DNA from: Chthonomonadales bacterium
GTDB taxonomy: Bacteria > Armatimonadota > Chthonomonadetes > Chthonomonadales > Chthonomonadaceae
NCBI GenBank assembly: GCA_038217285.1
Contig: JBBQPO010000024.1
Location: 1-33,753, forward strand
Length of the DNA stretch: 33,753 nucleotides
Direction of reading: 5' to 3'
Position 1 is the stretch's first letter, and every line of letters begins with the position of its first letter. The notes under the pieces are model-generated. The model saw nothing but the letters and a program-made list of their open reading frames with translations, had not been told where the DNA came from and did not search any database. Below, piece after piece: positions 17,118 through 26,283 of this stretch. Position numbers and translations under genes: made by a program.

Positions 17118-18065
17118 TCACGCGATTTGTTGGACATCGGTGCGTTGCGCCAGGGTCGTGATCGATTCGCGGGTACAGAAACCGGCTCCGATCACCGCCG
17201 CATTCGCGGCTCCTGCCCCTGTCGCCAATCGCAGGGCGGAGACGGGGTCGGCAGGCGGGCGTCCCTCTATCCACTCCCAGAGAAAGGCCGCGAGGAACGA
17301 ATCCCCGGAGGCGACCGCGCTGGCAAACTCTATCGACGGCGGAACGGCGAACCAGGCGCCGGTCGCATTGGCAAGCAGCGCACCCTCCGCGCCCAGTGTC
17401 AGAACCACCATCTCGATACCATCGTTCAGAAGTCCCTGCGCCGCTTGCAGAACCTCACTCCGGTTCTGTAAGGGCCGGACGAGCAGCGTTTCCAGTTCGA
17501 TCCGATTCGGCTTGACCATCCAGGGTCGCGCTTTCAGACCTTCCCGCAGCGGCTCCCCACTCGTATCCAGCACTGCCGGCGTTTTCCATCTTCGCGCCAT
17601 TTCGATCAGTTCGGCATAGAGTGTGGGCGGTGCGCCCGGAGGAAGGCTTCCACTCAGTACGACATACGAAAGTGGCTCCTGTGACAGCAGACGTTCCACA
17701 AGGTCAAAAAGTTTTAGAATCTCCGCAGGCGACACTTCAGGACCGCTCTCGTTGATCTCTGTCTGAGTTCCCGTCGTCGGATCGATCGCGGCGATGCAGA
17801 GCCGCGTCTCGCCCTTCGTATCGACCATATTGGCAGGGATGCCCTCTTTCTGCAGAGCCACCCGCAGGACCGTTCCGAGAATACCGCCAGAAAAGCCCGT
17901 GGCGAGCGCCCGCCCGCCCAGAGTACGGTAGACCCGCGCGACGTTGATGCCCTTGCCGCCCGCGACCGTATGGGTCTGCGAGGGACGGTTGACGGCGTCG
18001 AGGCGAAACCCTTCCACGCGATACGTCTTGTCCACCGCCGCGTTCGGAGTGACCGTCAGGATCAA
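17118..18065 (-). CDS. pfkB: 1-phosphofructokinase-family hexose kinase (PfkB/FruK/LacC)
   Basis: ILTVTPNAAVD, AGGKGINVAR, SGSLPPG, KPNRIELE and SAVASGDSFLA motifs; TTG start. Confidence 0.9.
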   Translation of the reverse strand: MILTVTPNAAVDKTYRVEGFRLDAVNRPSQTHTVAGGKGINVARVYRTLGGRALATGFSGGILGTVLRVALQKEGIPANMVDTKGETRLCIAAIDPTTGTQTEINESGPEVSPAEILKLFDLVERLLSQEPLSYVVLSGSLPPGAPPTLYAELIEMARRWKTPAVLDTSGEPLREGLKARPWMVKPNRIELETLLVRPLQNRSEVLQAAQGLLNDGIEMVVLTLGAEGALLANATGAWFAVPPSIEFASAVASGDSFLAAFLWEWIEGRPPADPVSALRLATGAGAANAAVIGAGFCTRESITTLAQRTDVQQIA

Positions 18066-18167
18066 TTTTCACGCTCCACGAACCGGTTTTCGAAAAGGGA
18101 GCGGCCTCCAACCCCCCTGCGAAGCGGCCCCGGCACACCCGCGCTCAAAAAAACGTCTGCTCCGACC

Positions 18168-18197
18168 TTGACAGAATTGTACCACACCCCGTATAAT
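18168..18197 (+). promoter_or_regulatory. Consensus sigma70 promoter for tRNA-Leu
   Basis: TTGACA (18168-73), 18-nt spacer, TATAAT (18192-97). Confidence 0.85.
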
Positions 18198-18243
18198 TTG
18201 GCAAGAACGCACGTAAGCTCGTTACGTGGTGGGAGTTCGGTTC

Positions 18244-18326
18244 GCCCAGGTGGTGAAATGGCAAACACGCTGGCTTCAGGTGCCAGTGCTCGCAAGGGCT
18301 TGGAGGTTCAACTCCTCTCTTGGGCA
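18244..18326 (+). tRNA. tRNA-Leu (anticodon CAG), CCA not encoded
   Basis: GCCCAGG/CTTGGGC acceptor stem, anticodon arm CTGGC-TTCAGGT-GCCAG, long variable arm, GGTTCAACTCC T-arm. Confidence 0.96.
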
Positions 18327-18333
18327 TCCTCAT

Positions 18334-18371
18334 ACGAACAGGTCAGTCGCTCGACTGACCTGTTCGTTTTT
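18334..18371 (+). terminator. Rho-independent terminator after tRNA-Leu
   Basis: acgaacaggtcagtcg/cgactgacctgttcgt long stem followed by a T-run. Confidence 0.85.
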
Positions 18372-18451
18372 GCGCTTTCTGTCCCCGAAACAGCCCGTTT
18401 GTAAGGGAGCGAAGACGCCAAAAATCTTTCTTTCGGCCGCGCATTTCTCCC

Positions 18452-18480
18452 TTGCGTTTGGGAGGAGACTGTGTTATCAT
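18452..18480 (+). promoter_or_regulatory. Putative sigma70 promoter with extended -10
   Basis: TTGCGT, 17-nt spacer, TGt-TATCAT. Confidence 0.55.
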
Positions 18481-18561
18481 AGCCGCATTCAGGAGTCTCT
18501 TCTTCAGGAGGAAAATTTCGATGCTCTATTCCTACAACAGCGCGAAGCGCGGCACGCGTCG

Positions 18562-18807
18562 ATGAGCGCCCCGTCCACCGAGAAACGCCCGGATCCCGAT
18601 GTCCAGGCCTACTGCGTTCACTGCCGCAGCAGTCGCCCCATGCTGGGCGCCATTCAGGTCTGTAATCGACGCGGAGGGCGCGACCTCAAAGGACATTGCG
18701 CCGTCTGCGGCAAGTCCATGTATCGCCTCGGCGGCTGGGACTCGGTCGCCGCCGCAGCCTTGAAGGCCACTCCCCCCTCGCCCCCCGACGAAGAGCCACC
18801 CTCCTGA
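18562..18807 (+). CDS. Small zinc-ribbon protein (DUF5679-like)
   Basis: AYCVHCR...GRDLKGHCAVCGKSMYRLGG: two CxxC pairs in the DUF5679 pattern. Confidence 0.8.
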   Translation: MSAPSTEKRPDPDVQAYCVHCRSSRPMLGAIQVCNRRGGRDLKGHCAVCGKSMYRLGGWDSVAAAALKATPPSPPDEEPPS

Positions 18808-18835
18808 AGCGCCGCCCGAATGCGAACGGACGTCC

Positions 18836-19960
18836 TTACCAGTCGGCGACCGAGCCATCGTCGTCGTGGAACCAGCGGCCCGGATCGGGCAGCGGGCCGA
18901 GCGGGCGCGCTGCCAGAAACTCCTCGTCCAGTTCCACCCCGAGGCCGGGGCGCTGGGGCACTTCCACATAACCGTCCTTGACTACAAACGGCTCCTTCAG
19001 ATAGCCGACGCCGAGCCCGAGCGGGTCCACAAACTCCTGAATGAGGAAGTTCGGGGTGCAGGCGTCTATTTGAAGGCAGGCTGCGAAGTTGATCGGGCCG
19101 TACGGATTGTGCGGCGCAAGGGAGGCGTACCAGGTCTCCGCCATGCTTCCGATCTGGCGGGTTTCGAAGATTCCGCCGCAGATACAGGGGTCCGGCTGCA
19201 GGATCGTCGCCGCGCCTTTCTCCAGGATCTCCCGAAATCCCCACTTTGTGAACAGGCGCTCACCGGTCGCGACAGGCGTCTTCGACTGCCGGGCGAACTG
19301 GACCAGCGCATCGACATTTTCAGGCAGCACAGGCTCCTCGATAAACATCGGATGATAGGGCCGGATCGCCTCCTCCAGCCAGATCGCCATCGTCGGGCTG
19401 ACCCTCCCATGAAAATCGAGCAGTATATCGACCTGATTGCCGACCGCTTCGCGCACCGCCTGTACCCGCGCCGCCGCCTCTTCGACGATACTGTAGTGGT
19501 CCACCAGATGGACTTTTTCAAACGGGCAGAACTTCATAGCGGTGTAGCCCCGCGCCACGACGGCCTTCGCGCTCACCGCCAGTTCTGCGGGCGTTCTGCC
19601 GGTCGGGCGCGTGTAGACACGAATGCGGTCGCGCACCGCCCCGCCCAACAGTTGCCAGACCGGCACCCCGAGCGACTTGCCGAGAATGTCCCACAGACAC
19701 ATCTCGATGCCGGAGATCGCCGCGCAGAGAATCGGCCCGCCGCGCCAGAACGCGCCGCGATAGAGGTTCTGCCAGTGATGCACGATTTTGCGGGCATCCT
19801 CCCCGATCAGCGCGTGTTCGTAGCTGCGCACCGCCTCCGCCACCACAAATGCCTTGTCGCCCAGACACTCCCCGTAACCGACGATCCCCGCGTCCGTCTC
19901 GATCTTGACGAACAGCCAGCGCGGCTGCACCGGGATCGTCGTCACTTTCGTAATTTTCAC
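18836..19960 (-). CDS. dgoD: Galactonate dehydratase (mandelate racemase/enolase superfamily)
   Basis: PRWLFVKIETDAGIVGYGE, FWRGGPI, DFHGR, FIEEP, TGERLFTKW, APHNPYGP; GTG start at 19960 with AGGAGG. Confidence 0.9.
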   Translation of the reverse strand: MKITKVTTIPVQPRWLFVKIETDAGIVGYGECLGDKAFVVAEAVRSYEHALIGEDARKIVHHWQNLYRGAFWRGGPILCAAISGIEMCLWDILGKSLGVPVWQLLGGAVRDRIRVYTRPTGRTPAELAVSAKAVVARGYTAMKFCPFEKVHLVDHYSIVEEAAARVQAVREAVGNQVDILLDFHGRVSPTMAIWLEEAIRPYHPMFIEEPVLPENVDALVQFARQSKTPVATGERLFTKWGFREILEKGAATILQPDPCICGGIFETRQIGSMAETWYASLAPHNPYGPINFAACLQIDACTPNFLIQEFVDPLGLGVGYLKEPFVVKDGYVEVPQRPGLGVELDEEFLAARPLGPLPDPGRWFHDDDGSVADW

Positions 19961-20073
19961 CTTTGAAAACCTCCTGTCCTGATGGGATAGTGTCTGCACT
20001 ATTCGGCAACCGTGTCCGAACTCCTTCCTCTCGATGGAAGGAGGGCCTGGTGCGGAGAAAACGGCCCTTCTGG

Positions 20074-20115
20074 AGGGGGTTGCGCCTTGACAGCGCAACC
20101 CCCTTTAGGTATACT
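20074..20115 (+). promoter_or_regulatory. Sigma70 promoter for accB-hom with a 12-bp perfect inverted repeat around the -35 box
   Basis: TTGACA (20087-92), 17-nt spacer, TATACT (20110-15); agggggttgcgc (20074-85) and gcgcaaccccct (20093-104). Confidence 0.75.
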
Positions 20116-20187
20116 GGCAGACAACTGGCAGGGTAGACGCTCCGGCGAACTACCTCCTATTTTTTGTGACAGGACGACCGGCCCGCT

Positions 20188-20694
20188 ATGGCGATACTTG
20201 GATTCGAACTTGAGGAGATAGCCCGCCTGATAGCCCTCGTAGAAGAGGGGGATCTGGATGAGATCATCCTCGAAGAGGAAGGGCGCAAACTGCGGATCCG
20301 CGGTCCCCGTTCGCATCGGCAGGCAGGATCGCAGGCTGCGGAGACGCCCTCTTTTGTAACGCAGTCCCCGGCTCTGCCTCCCGCCCCGCGTCGAGCGACT
20401 GCCGAGAACGCCCTCCCGGTGCAGGAAGAGGGCACGATCGCGCTGGTTTCGCCGATGGTAGGCGTCTTCTATCGCTCCGGTAAGCCGGGCGATCCGCCGC
20501 TCATCGAAGTGGGGCAACGGATCGCGGTGGACCAGACGATCGGGCTAATCGAGGCCATGAAGATCTTTTCGGAGGTCCCGGCGGAACACGCAGGCATCGT
20601 CGTCGCGATTCCGGCAATAGATGGCGGACTGGTGCAGGCCGGAATGCCGCTCGTCATCGTCAGGTCGGATGAGAAGGCAGAGACGCCGGAGTAA
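20188..20694 (+). CDS. accB: Acetyl-CoA carboxylase biotin carboxyl carrier protein
   Basis: SPMVGVFYR and IEAMK biotinylation motif; Ala/Pro-rich linker. Confidence 0.9.
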   Translation: MAILGFELEEIARLIALVEEGDLDEIILEEEGRKLRIRGPRSHRQAGSQAAETPSFVTQSPALPPAPRRATAENALPVQEEGTIALVSPMVGVFYRSGKPGDPPLIEVGQRIAVDQTIGLIEAMKIFSEVPAEHAGIVVAIPAIDGGLVQAGMPLVIVRSDEKAETPE

Positions 20695-20760
20695 GAGATC
20701 GATCCGTCGTGCCCTCTCTTTCAAAAGGGACCACGACGGGACGCGGCAAGGGGAGGTAAG

Positions 20761-22077
20761 ATGAGCGGAGAGGCCGCCAAGCGGTGGAACAAGGAGCGCG
20801 TGGAGATCGGTATTCTCGGTCTCGGCGTGGTCGGTTCCGGCACGGTGCAGTTGCTGGAACAGAATCGACAGGAGATCGAGCGCAAGATAGGGATGCCGAT
20901 CCAAATCAAGCGTATCGCCGTGCGAGACGTTCATAAGCCCCGTGCCGTGGTCGTCGACCGCTCCCTGCTGACCACCAACGCCTACGAGATTCTGGACGAC
21001 CCCGACATCGACATCGTTTGCGAGCTTATCGGTGGGGTGGATCCGGCGAAAGAGTTTGTCCTCCGCGCCCTCCACAACCGTAAGCAGGTCGTCACGGCCA
21101 ACAAAGAGATGATCGCCAAAGAGGGTCACGAACTCATGGAGGAGGCGAGCCGGCACGGCCTCGACTTCCAGTTCGAGGGCAGCGTGGCTGGCGGCATCCC
21201 GATCATTCAGCCTATGAAAAATGCGCTTGCGGGCAATCGCGTCTTTGAAGTGATGGGCATCATCAACGGGACGACCAACTATATTCTGACGAAGATGAGT
21301 CAGGAGCGGGTCGATTTCCAGGAGGTGCTGCGCGAGGCGCAAGAGCACGGCTACGCGGAGGCCGACCCGACCAGCGATATCGAAGGTTTCGACGCGCAGT
21401 ATAAGATCGCCATTTTGGCCTCCATCGCTTTTACCAGCCGCGTCCATGTGCAGGACATCCATGTCGAGGGCATCACGAAAATCGAAGCCGCCGACATCGA
21501 GGCCGCGCGGGAGCTCGGTTACGTCGTCAAACTGGTTGGCATCGCCCGCAGAGTGGAAAATGATCGTATGCAGGTACGCGTCCATCCGGCGCTGCTGCCG
21601 CAGGCCCATCCGCTCGCCTCGACCAATGGCGTCTACAACGCCGTGCTGGTGCGGGGCGAGACGGTCGGCGATGTGATGTTTTACGGACGCGGCGCAGGCA
21701 GCGGGCCGACGGGCAGCGCCGTCGTTGGAGACATCATGGATGTCTGCCGCAACCTGCGCTACGGCTCTACAGGCCGCGTCTCCTGCACCTGTTTCGAACA
21801 TAAGCGCATGCAGCCTATCGCCGAGGTCGTCACGCGGCACTACCTCCGGATGACCGTGCAGGACAAGCCGAAAGTGCTGGCCTCCATTGCGACCGTGCTG
21901 GGTCAGAACGATATCTCGATCGAATCCGTCGTGCAGAAGGCAACGCACAGCGGACTGGCGGAGATCGTCTGGGTCACGCACGAAGCGGCAGGCCACCATG
22001 TGACGCAGGCCCTGGAAGAGATCAAGCGCCTTCCTGTGGTGCTGAACGTCGCCAACTGGCTGCGCGTCGAGGCCTAA
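20761..22077 (+). CDS. hom: Homoserine dehydrogenase with C-terminal ACT domain
   Basis: GLGVVGSG, VVTANK, SVAGGIPII, GIINGTTNYIL, GYAEADPTSDIEG, GRGAG motifs; ACT domain (DKPKVLASIA); GGAGG SD. Confidence 0.96.
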   Translation: MSGEAAKRWNKERVEIGILGLGVVGSGTVQLLEQNRQEIERKIGMPIQIKRIAVRDVHKPRAVVVDRSLLTTNAYEILDDPDIDIVCELIGGVDPAKEFVLRALHNRKQVVTANKEMIAKEGHELMEEASRHGLDFQFEGSVAGGIPIIQPMKNALAGNRVFEVMGIINGTTNYILTKMSQERVDFQEVLREAQEHGYAEADPTSDIEGFDAQYKIAILASIAFTSRVHVQDIHVEGITKIEAADIEAARELGYVVKLVGIARRVENDRMQVRVHPALLPQAHPLASTNGVYNAVLVRGETVGDVMFYGRGAGSGPTGSAVVGDIMDVCRNLRYGSTGRVSCTCFEHKRMQPIAEVVTRHYLRMTVQDKPKVLASIATVLGQNDISIESVVQKATHSGLAEIVWVTHEAAGHHVTQALEEIKRLPVVLNVANWLRVEA

Positions 22078-22101
22078 CGAACGCTACGAGGAGAGAAGAG
22101 C

Positions 22102-22668
22102 ATGGCGGAAACCGAGAACGGACATCTGACCCGCAGCGCGCCGGCGGAGACAGTGGCCGAGATGCCGACAGACCCGGCCTCCTTTGAACTGCGCATCCTG
22201 GAAGCGTCGCAGATGCGCGTCTTTCGGCATGCCGGCGTGGCCAGGATGACCCTGGAAAACGACCGATCCTGGACCAAAGTCGCGGTCGCGCGCGCCTTTC
22301 CCCTTTCCGACCCCGATCACTATCTGGGCTTCCTTGATGGGGCCGGTAAGGATATCGGCCTGCTGCAGGATCCGACTCTGCTCGACCCGGCGTCGCGACA
22401 GATCATCGACGAGGAGCTGGACAAACGCTACTTCGTGCCGGTCATCGAGCGCGTCCATTCGGTCAAGGAAGAGTTCGGAACCATCTACTGGAAGGTAGAG
22501 ACGGATCGGGGAGAAAAAGAGATCATCGTTCGCAACCTGCGCGACAACATCCAGGAGTTGAGCGCCAGTCGCGTCATCATTACCGACATCGATGGCAACC
22601 GCTTCGAGTTCGTCGACCTGCTGAAAATGGACACCAAAACGCAGGGCTTCATCCTGCGCAACCTCTAA
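22102..22668 (+). CDS. DUF1854-family protein
   Basis: RAFPLSDPDHYL, RYFVPVIERV, YWKVETDRG, DIDGNRF motifs. Confidence 0.8.
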   Translation: MAETENGHLTRSAPAETVAEMPTDPASFELRILEASQMRVFRHAGVARMTLENDRSWTKVAVARAFPLSDPDHYLGFLDGAGKDIGLLQDPTLLDPASRQIIDEELDKRYFVPVIERVHSVKEEFGTIYWKVETDRGEKEIIVRNLRDNIQELSASRVIITDIDGNRFEFVDLLKMDTKTQGFILRNL

Positions 22669-22683
22669 CGCTGAAACCTGGGG

Positions 22684-23787
22684 TCAGGGCAGGACGGGGG
22701 AGCGGCGGAGGGGCAGGCTTATCTTGAGGCTGTCGAGGGTGGAGGTGTAGGCGGCGTGAACGATCTCCAGGGCGGCGCGGGCGTCGGCGGCGGTGACGCG
22801 AGGCGGAGCCAGATCGCGTACTGTCGCGGCGAAGTGCCGCAGCATTTCTGCCTGGCGCAGGGCGGCAAGGGGCAGCACATACGACGGCGCCTCGGGTGTC
22901 AGAAGTTCTGCCTTGTGCCCGGTGCGCTGAAGTTTCAGGACGGGCAGTGCGTTGGGACCGGTCTCTCCCGCACTCAGCGTCAGTTCCATTTCGCCCAGTG
23001 TGCCGGTAAAGAGATAGCGTTCCAGAGGATGCAGTCCGCGGGAGCGGGAGAGGTGATGCGTGGACTGCCCGCGCGCGTGTGAGACGATCATGTTCGCGAG
23101 CGTCGTGACGCTGCCGGGACGGGCCGGAAGGCCGTTGGCGTTGCCGGGCAGGTCGATGTCGGCGCTCACGGTCTGCGCATCGCCCAGCCACCGGCGGCAG
23201 AGGTCGGCGGTCTGACATGCGAACTGCGGCACCTGCGCGATCCACGAGCGCGCTTCGGCCTCTCCCCCATTCTCCACCGCAAGCGTTCCCCCGGTCGCAA
23301 AACTCCAGTCGCAGCGCACCTGACGCAGCGTTCCGATGGCGTCCTCCGCCAGCCGCTGAGTCGCTAGCTCTATCCACAGGTCGAACGGGCGGGCAAAGGC
23401 CGGGATCAGGCGTACTCCCGCCGTCTCTGCGGCCTGCAAAACGGTATCGAATTCGGCCAGGGTCGTGGCAAACGGGGCGTCACAGAGGATGGGCAGACCG
23501 GCGGCGAGCGCGCGGAGCAGAAAGGCGGCGCGTTCCTGCGGCGGAAGGGAAACGAGCAGCGCCTCTGGGCGTATGTCCGATTCCAGCAGCGCGGTCAGGT
23601 TCGGAAAGACGACGGAGCGGCCTAACTCGCGCGCCAACACGCGGGCCAGACGCGCATCCTCTTCCACCAGGGCAACGACCTGGATCTGTTTGACGGCGTT
23701 CAGGGCCGCGTCGTAGCGTGTACGGCTTTCCAGCAGTCCGACGCCCGCGACACGCAGCGGAGGCAGCAGTCCGACAGCCTCGCTCAT
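22684..23787 (-). CDS. Gfo/Idh/MocA-family oxidoreductase (divergent)
   Basis: LRVAGVG N-terminus, ALAAGLPILCDAPFA (EKP position), IGTLRQV, VTAADARAALEIVHAAYTS C-terminus; start overlaps the upstream gene's stop. Confidence 0.8.
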   Translation of the reverse strand: MSEAVGLLPPLRVAGVGLLESRTRYDAALNAVKQIQVVALVEEDARLARVLARELGRSVVFPNLTALLESDIRPEALLVSLPPQERAAFLLRALAAGLPILCDAPFATTLAEFDTVLQAAETAGVRLIPAFARPFDLWIELATQRLAEDAIGTLRQVRCDWSFATGGTLAVENGGEAEARSWIAQVPQFACQTADLCRRWLGDAQTVSADIDLPGNANGLPARPGSVTTLANMIVSHARGQSTHHLSRSRGLHPLERYLFTGTLGEMELTLSAGETGPNALPVLKLQRTGHKAELLTPEAPSYVLPLAALRQAEMLRHFAATVRDLAPPRVTAADARAALEIVHAAYTSTLDSLKISLPLRRSPVLP

Positions 23788-24557
23788 CTCACTCCCGACT
23801 TACGAGCGCGGCGAACCAGGCGCACGAAACGCGGCAGCAGCATGACCTTGCTGATTTTGCGCGGATTCGACAGCACCCGCCACAGCCATTCGAGGCGCGC
23901 CTTCTGCATCACTTTCGGCGCGCGGCGCACGTTGCCTGACAACACATCGAAGGTGCCCCCCACGCCGATCAGCACCGCCGCGCCCAGGCTCTCCCGATGC
24001 GCGGCGATCCACTTCTCCTGTTTCGGGATGCCCATCGCCACAAAAACCGCATCGGCCCGCGCCTCGCGTATCTCTGCCACCAGGGCGTCCGTCTCCTCGG
24101 GTTGAAAATAGCCGTCCCTTGTCCCGACGATCTGCGTGCCGGGATATTTCGCCCGCATCTTCTCCGCCGCCTGCGCGGCCACTCCCGGTCCGGCGCCGAG
24201 GAAGAAAAGCCGATAGCCTGTCTCCGCAGAACGCCGACACAACTGCTCCACGATCTCAACACCGGAGACGCGCTCCTGCAGCGGCTGGCCCCCCTGCTTT
24301 GCTGCCCAGAGCACACCGATGCTGTCGGGCGTCACCAGATCCGCGCCGCTGACGATGGCATGCAGGGCCGTGTCTTCCTGCGCCAGCACGAGCATGGAGG
24401 CGTCCGCCGTGATCACATGATGCGGAGAGCCGGCCTGAAAGAAGCCATCCATCGCCGCAAGCGCGGTCTGCATGGTGACGTTGTGAACGGCCAGGCCGAG
24501 GATAGCGACGCTCGGCGGCGACTTCGGTTGGGGAGGGTTGACAGACGACGTAGTCAT
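23784..24557 (-). CDS. WecB/TagA/CpsF-family glycosyltransferase
   Basis: PDSIGV, ERVSGVE, FFLGA, DGYF, VAMGIPKQE, GVGGTFD, RAP..MQKARLEWLWR motifs. Confidence 0.93.
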   Translation of the reverse strand: MTTSSVNPPQPKSPPSVAILGLAVHNVTMQTALAAMDGFFQAGSPHHVITADASMLVLAQEDTALHAIVSGADLVTPDSIGVLWAAKQGGQPLQERVSGVEIVEQLCRRSAETGYRLFFLGAGPGVAAQAAEKMRAKYPGTQIVGTRDGYFQPEETDALVAEIREARADAVFVAMGIPKQEKWIAAHRESLGAAVLIGVGGTFDVLSGNVRRAPKVMQKARLEWLWRVLSNPRKISKVMLLPRFVRLVRRARKSGVR

Positions 24558-24740
24558 TCGGAGACTCTCTTGGCGCGCGTAGAGAAACGCGCAGATAAAA
24601 TCGAAAATCCGGCAGCGAATCGCGGCAGATAGCGGGTACTATATGGTTCAGATTATACCCTATTTCCCAGGTGCGCTCTCGGTGACGCAGTGAGGCGGAG
24701 CCTGTTCTCGGAACTCTTCACGCGGATTTCAGGAGGCGTC

Positions 24741-26231
24741 ATGCTTTTCAGACGGTCGATGATCACTCTCTCATCTGTGCTGCTCACGCTCGGAGCCACA
24801 GTGGTGGCAGGGGCGCAGGTACCCGGCAACGGGTTTGCCAGCAGTTTCGCCGTCGCCGGTACGACCAGCGGTGGGGTCACCTCGTTCGGCGCTCCCACGC
24901 TGCTTCAAGCGGGACTGACCACCTACCATACCCTTGAGGGCAACGGTACGCGCTGGGGCGACTACAGTGCGACGGTACGCGATCCCTCTACGCCCGGCAG
25001 TTTCTGGACCATCCAGGAGTTCGCCGCCGGCCCTATCACCTGGGCGACTCAGGTGACGCAGTTGACCGTCGGTGTGGGCGGTCAGATGACCATCGGCAGA
25101 AACTTCACCTCGACCATCGTCAGTTCCGGCACAGTCACACCCCCGGACACGAATGGCGCGGTCGGCCCCAATCACTACGCTCATCTCCTCAACAGCACCT
25201 TCTCCGTCTTCGATAAGAACGGCTCCTCGTCGACTCCCATCTTTTCGCAAGGGCTCATCGCCTTCTGGACCGCTGCCGGAGACACGGTTTCGACCAACGG
25301 GATCTTCGATCCGCGCCTTGTCTATGATAAGAGCAGCGGGCGCTGGTTCGCTTCCTCGCTCGACAACGCGTTCCAAGCAAATCACTTTCTCCTCGCCGTC
25401 TCCAACGACTCCGATCCGACCCACGGCTTCAAGATGGTCGCCATCAACAGCGATCCCACCGGCCAGTACTGGGCCGACTTCGACACTCTCGGCGTCAACT
25501 CGGACGGCGTCTACCTGTCCGGCAATATGTTCCGTATCGGGAACACGAATGATGTGAAGACGACCTCGCTGGTCATTCCGAAGGCCGATCTGCTGTTGGC
25601 CACCCCGACCGCTGCCAATGCGAAACTATTCGGGTTGACGGACCCCAATCAGACAGGCTACACTCAACAGCCGATCGTCGATGTCGGGGACACCCAGGGC
25701 GGCTCCCCCGAGCAGTTCCTCAGCGACGGTATTCTGACGAACGCCCCCAACAACACCCTGCGCGTCAGCACGATAACGGGTACAGGCGCGTCGGCCACCA
25801 TCAACACCAGCGCCGGTCTGGTGACGCTGCCGCAAGGCTTCCTCCCGCCCCTGAATGCGCCGCAGCCGGGGAATACCAGCGACCTGCTGGATACCTCGGA
25901 CGGTCGCTTCGCTGGCAGCGTGATCCGGATCGGCAGCGATATATGGGCCGTCAACAGTATCGATGTCGATGGCAACGGTAAAGCAGGCCTGCAGTGGTAC
26001 CAGATCGACGCCAACAACTATGCCCTGAAGCAGTCGGGCCGGATCTCCGACCCCAACCTCTACTTCTTCGAGCCGTCCATCAGCGCGGACAACAACGGCC
26101 GTGTCGTGATCGGCTTCAGCGGCAGTGGAACGGGCGTGGTCAGCACCCCCGAACCGGGAGTCAATGCGCTCCTGCTCGGACTGCTCACCTCCGGTGGACT
26201 GCTCCTGCGCCGCCGACGCCGAACCGTGTAA
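24741..26231 (+). CDS. PEP-CTERM (exosortase-targeted) secreted protein, apparently circularly permuted beta-rich domain
   Basis: AGGAGG SD, signal peptide (..VVAGA-Q), C-terminal TPEPG + hydrophobic helix + RRRRR. Confidence 0.88.
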   Translation: MLFRRSMITLSSVLLTLGATVVAGAQVPGNGFASSFAVAGTTSGGVTSFGAPTLLQAGLTTYHTLEGNGTRWGDYSATVRDPSTPGSFWTIQEFAAGPITWATQVTQLTVGVGGQMTIGRNFTSTIVSSGTVTPPDTNGAVGPNHYAHLLNSTFSVFDKNGSSSTPIFSQGLIAFWTAAGDTVSTNGIFDPRLVYDKSSGRWFASSLDNAFQANHFLLAVSNDSDPTHGFKMVAINSDPTGQYWADFDTLGVNSDGVYLSGNMFRIGNTNDVKTTSLVIPKADLLLATPTAANAKLFGLTDPNQTGYTQQPIVDVGDTQGGSPEQFLSDGILTNAPNNTLRVSTITGTGASATINTSAGLVTLPQGFLPPLNAPQPGNTSDLLDTSDGRFAGSVIRIGSDIWAVNSIDVDGNGKAGLQWYQIDANNYALKQSGRISDPNLYFFEPSISADNNGRVVIGFSGSGTGVVSTPEPGVNALLLGLLTSGGLLLRRRRRTV

Positions 26232-26283
26232 GACGTGTGCAGTTCGTTCGGACGCGCAGGGGAATTATGCTATACTGTGTGGC

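Noticed and set aside
18244-18326. tRNA-Leu or tRNA-Thr as integration sites for an island or prophage
   Set aside because: No duplicated tRNA 3' end, integrase or phage gene was seen in the window.
26125-26283. Cys-rich N-terminal extension of the S9 ORF shown in the ORF track
   Set aside because: It overlaps the PEP-CTERM gene end; the promoter position and homology start support ATG 26284.
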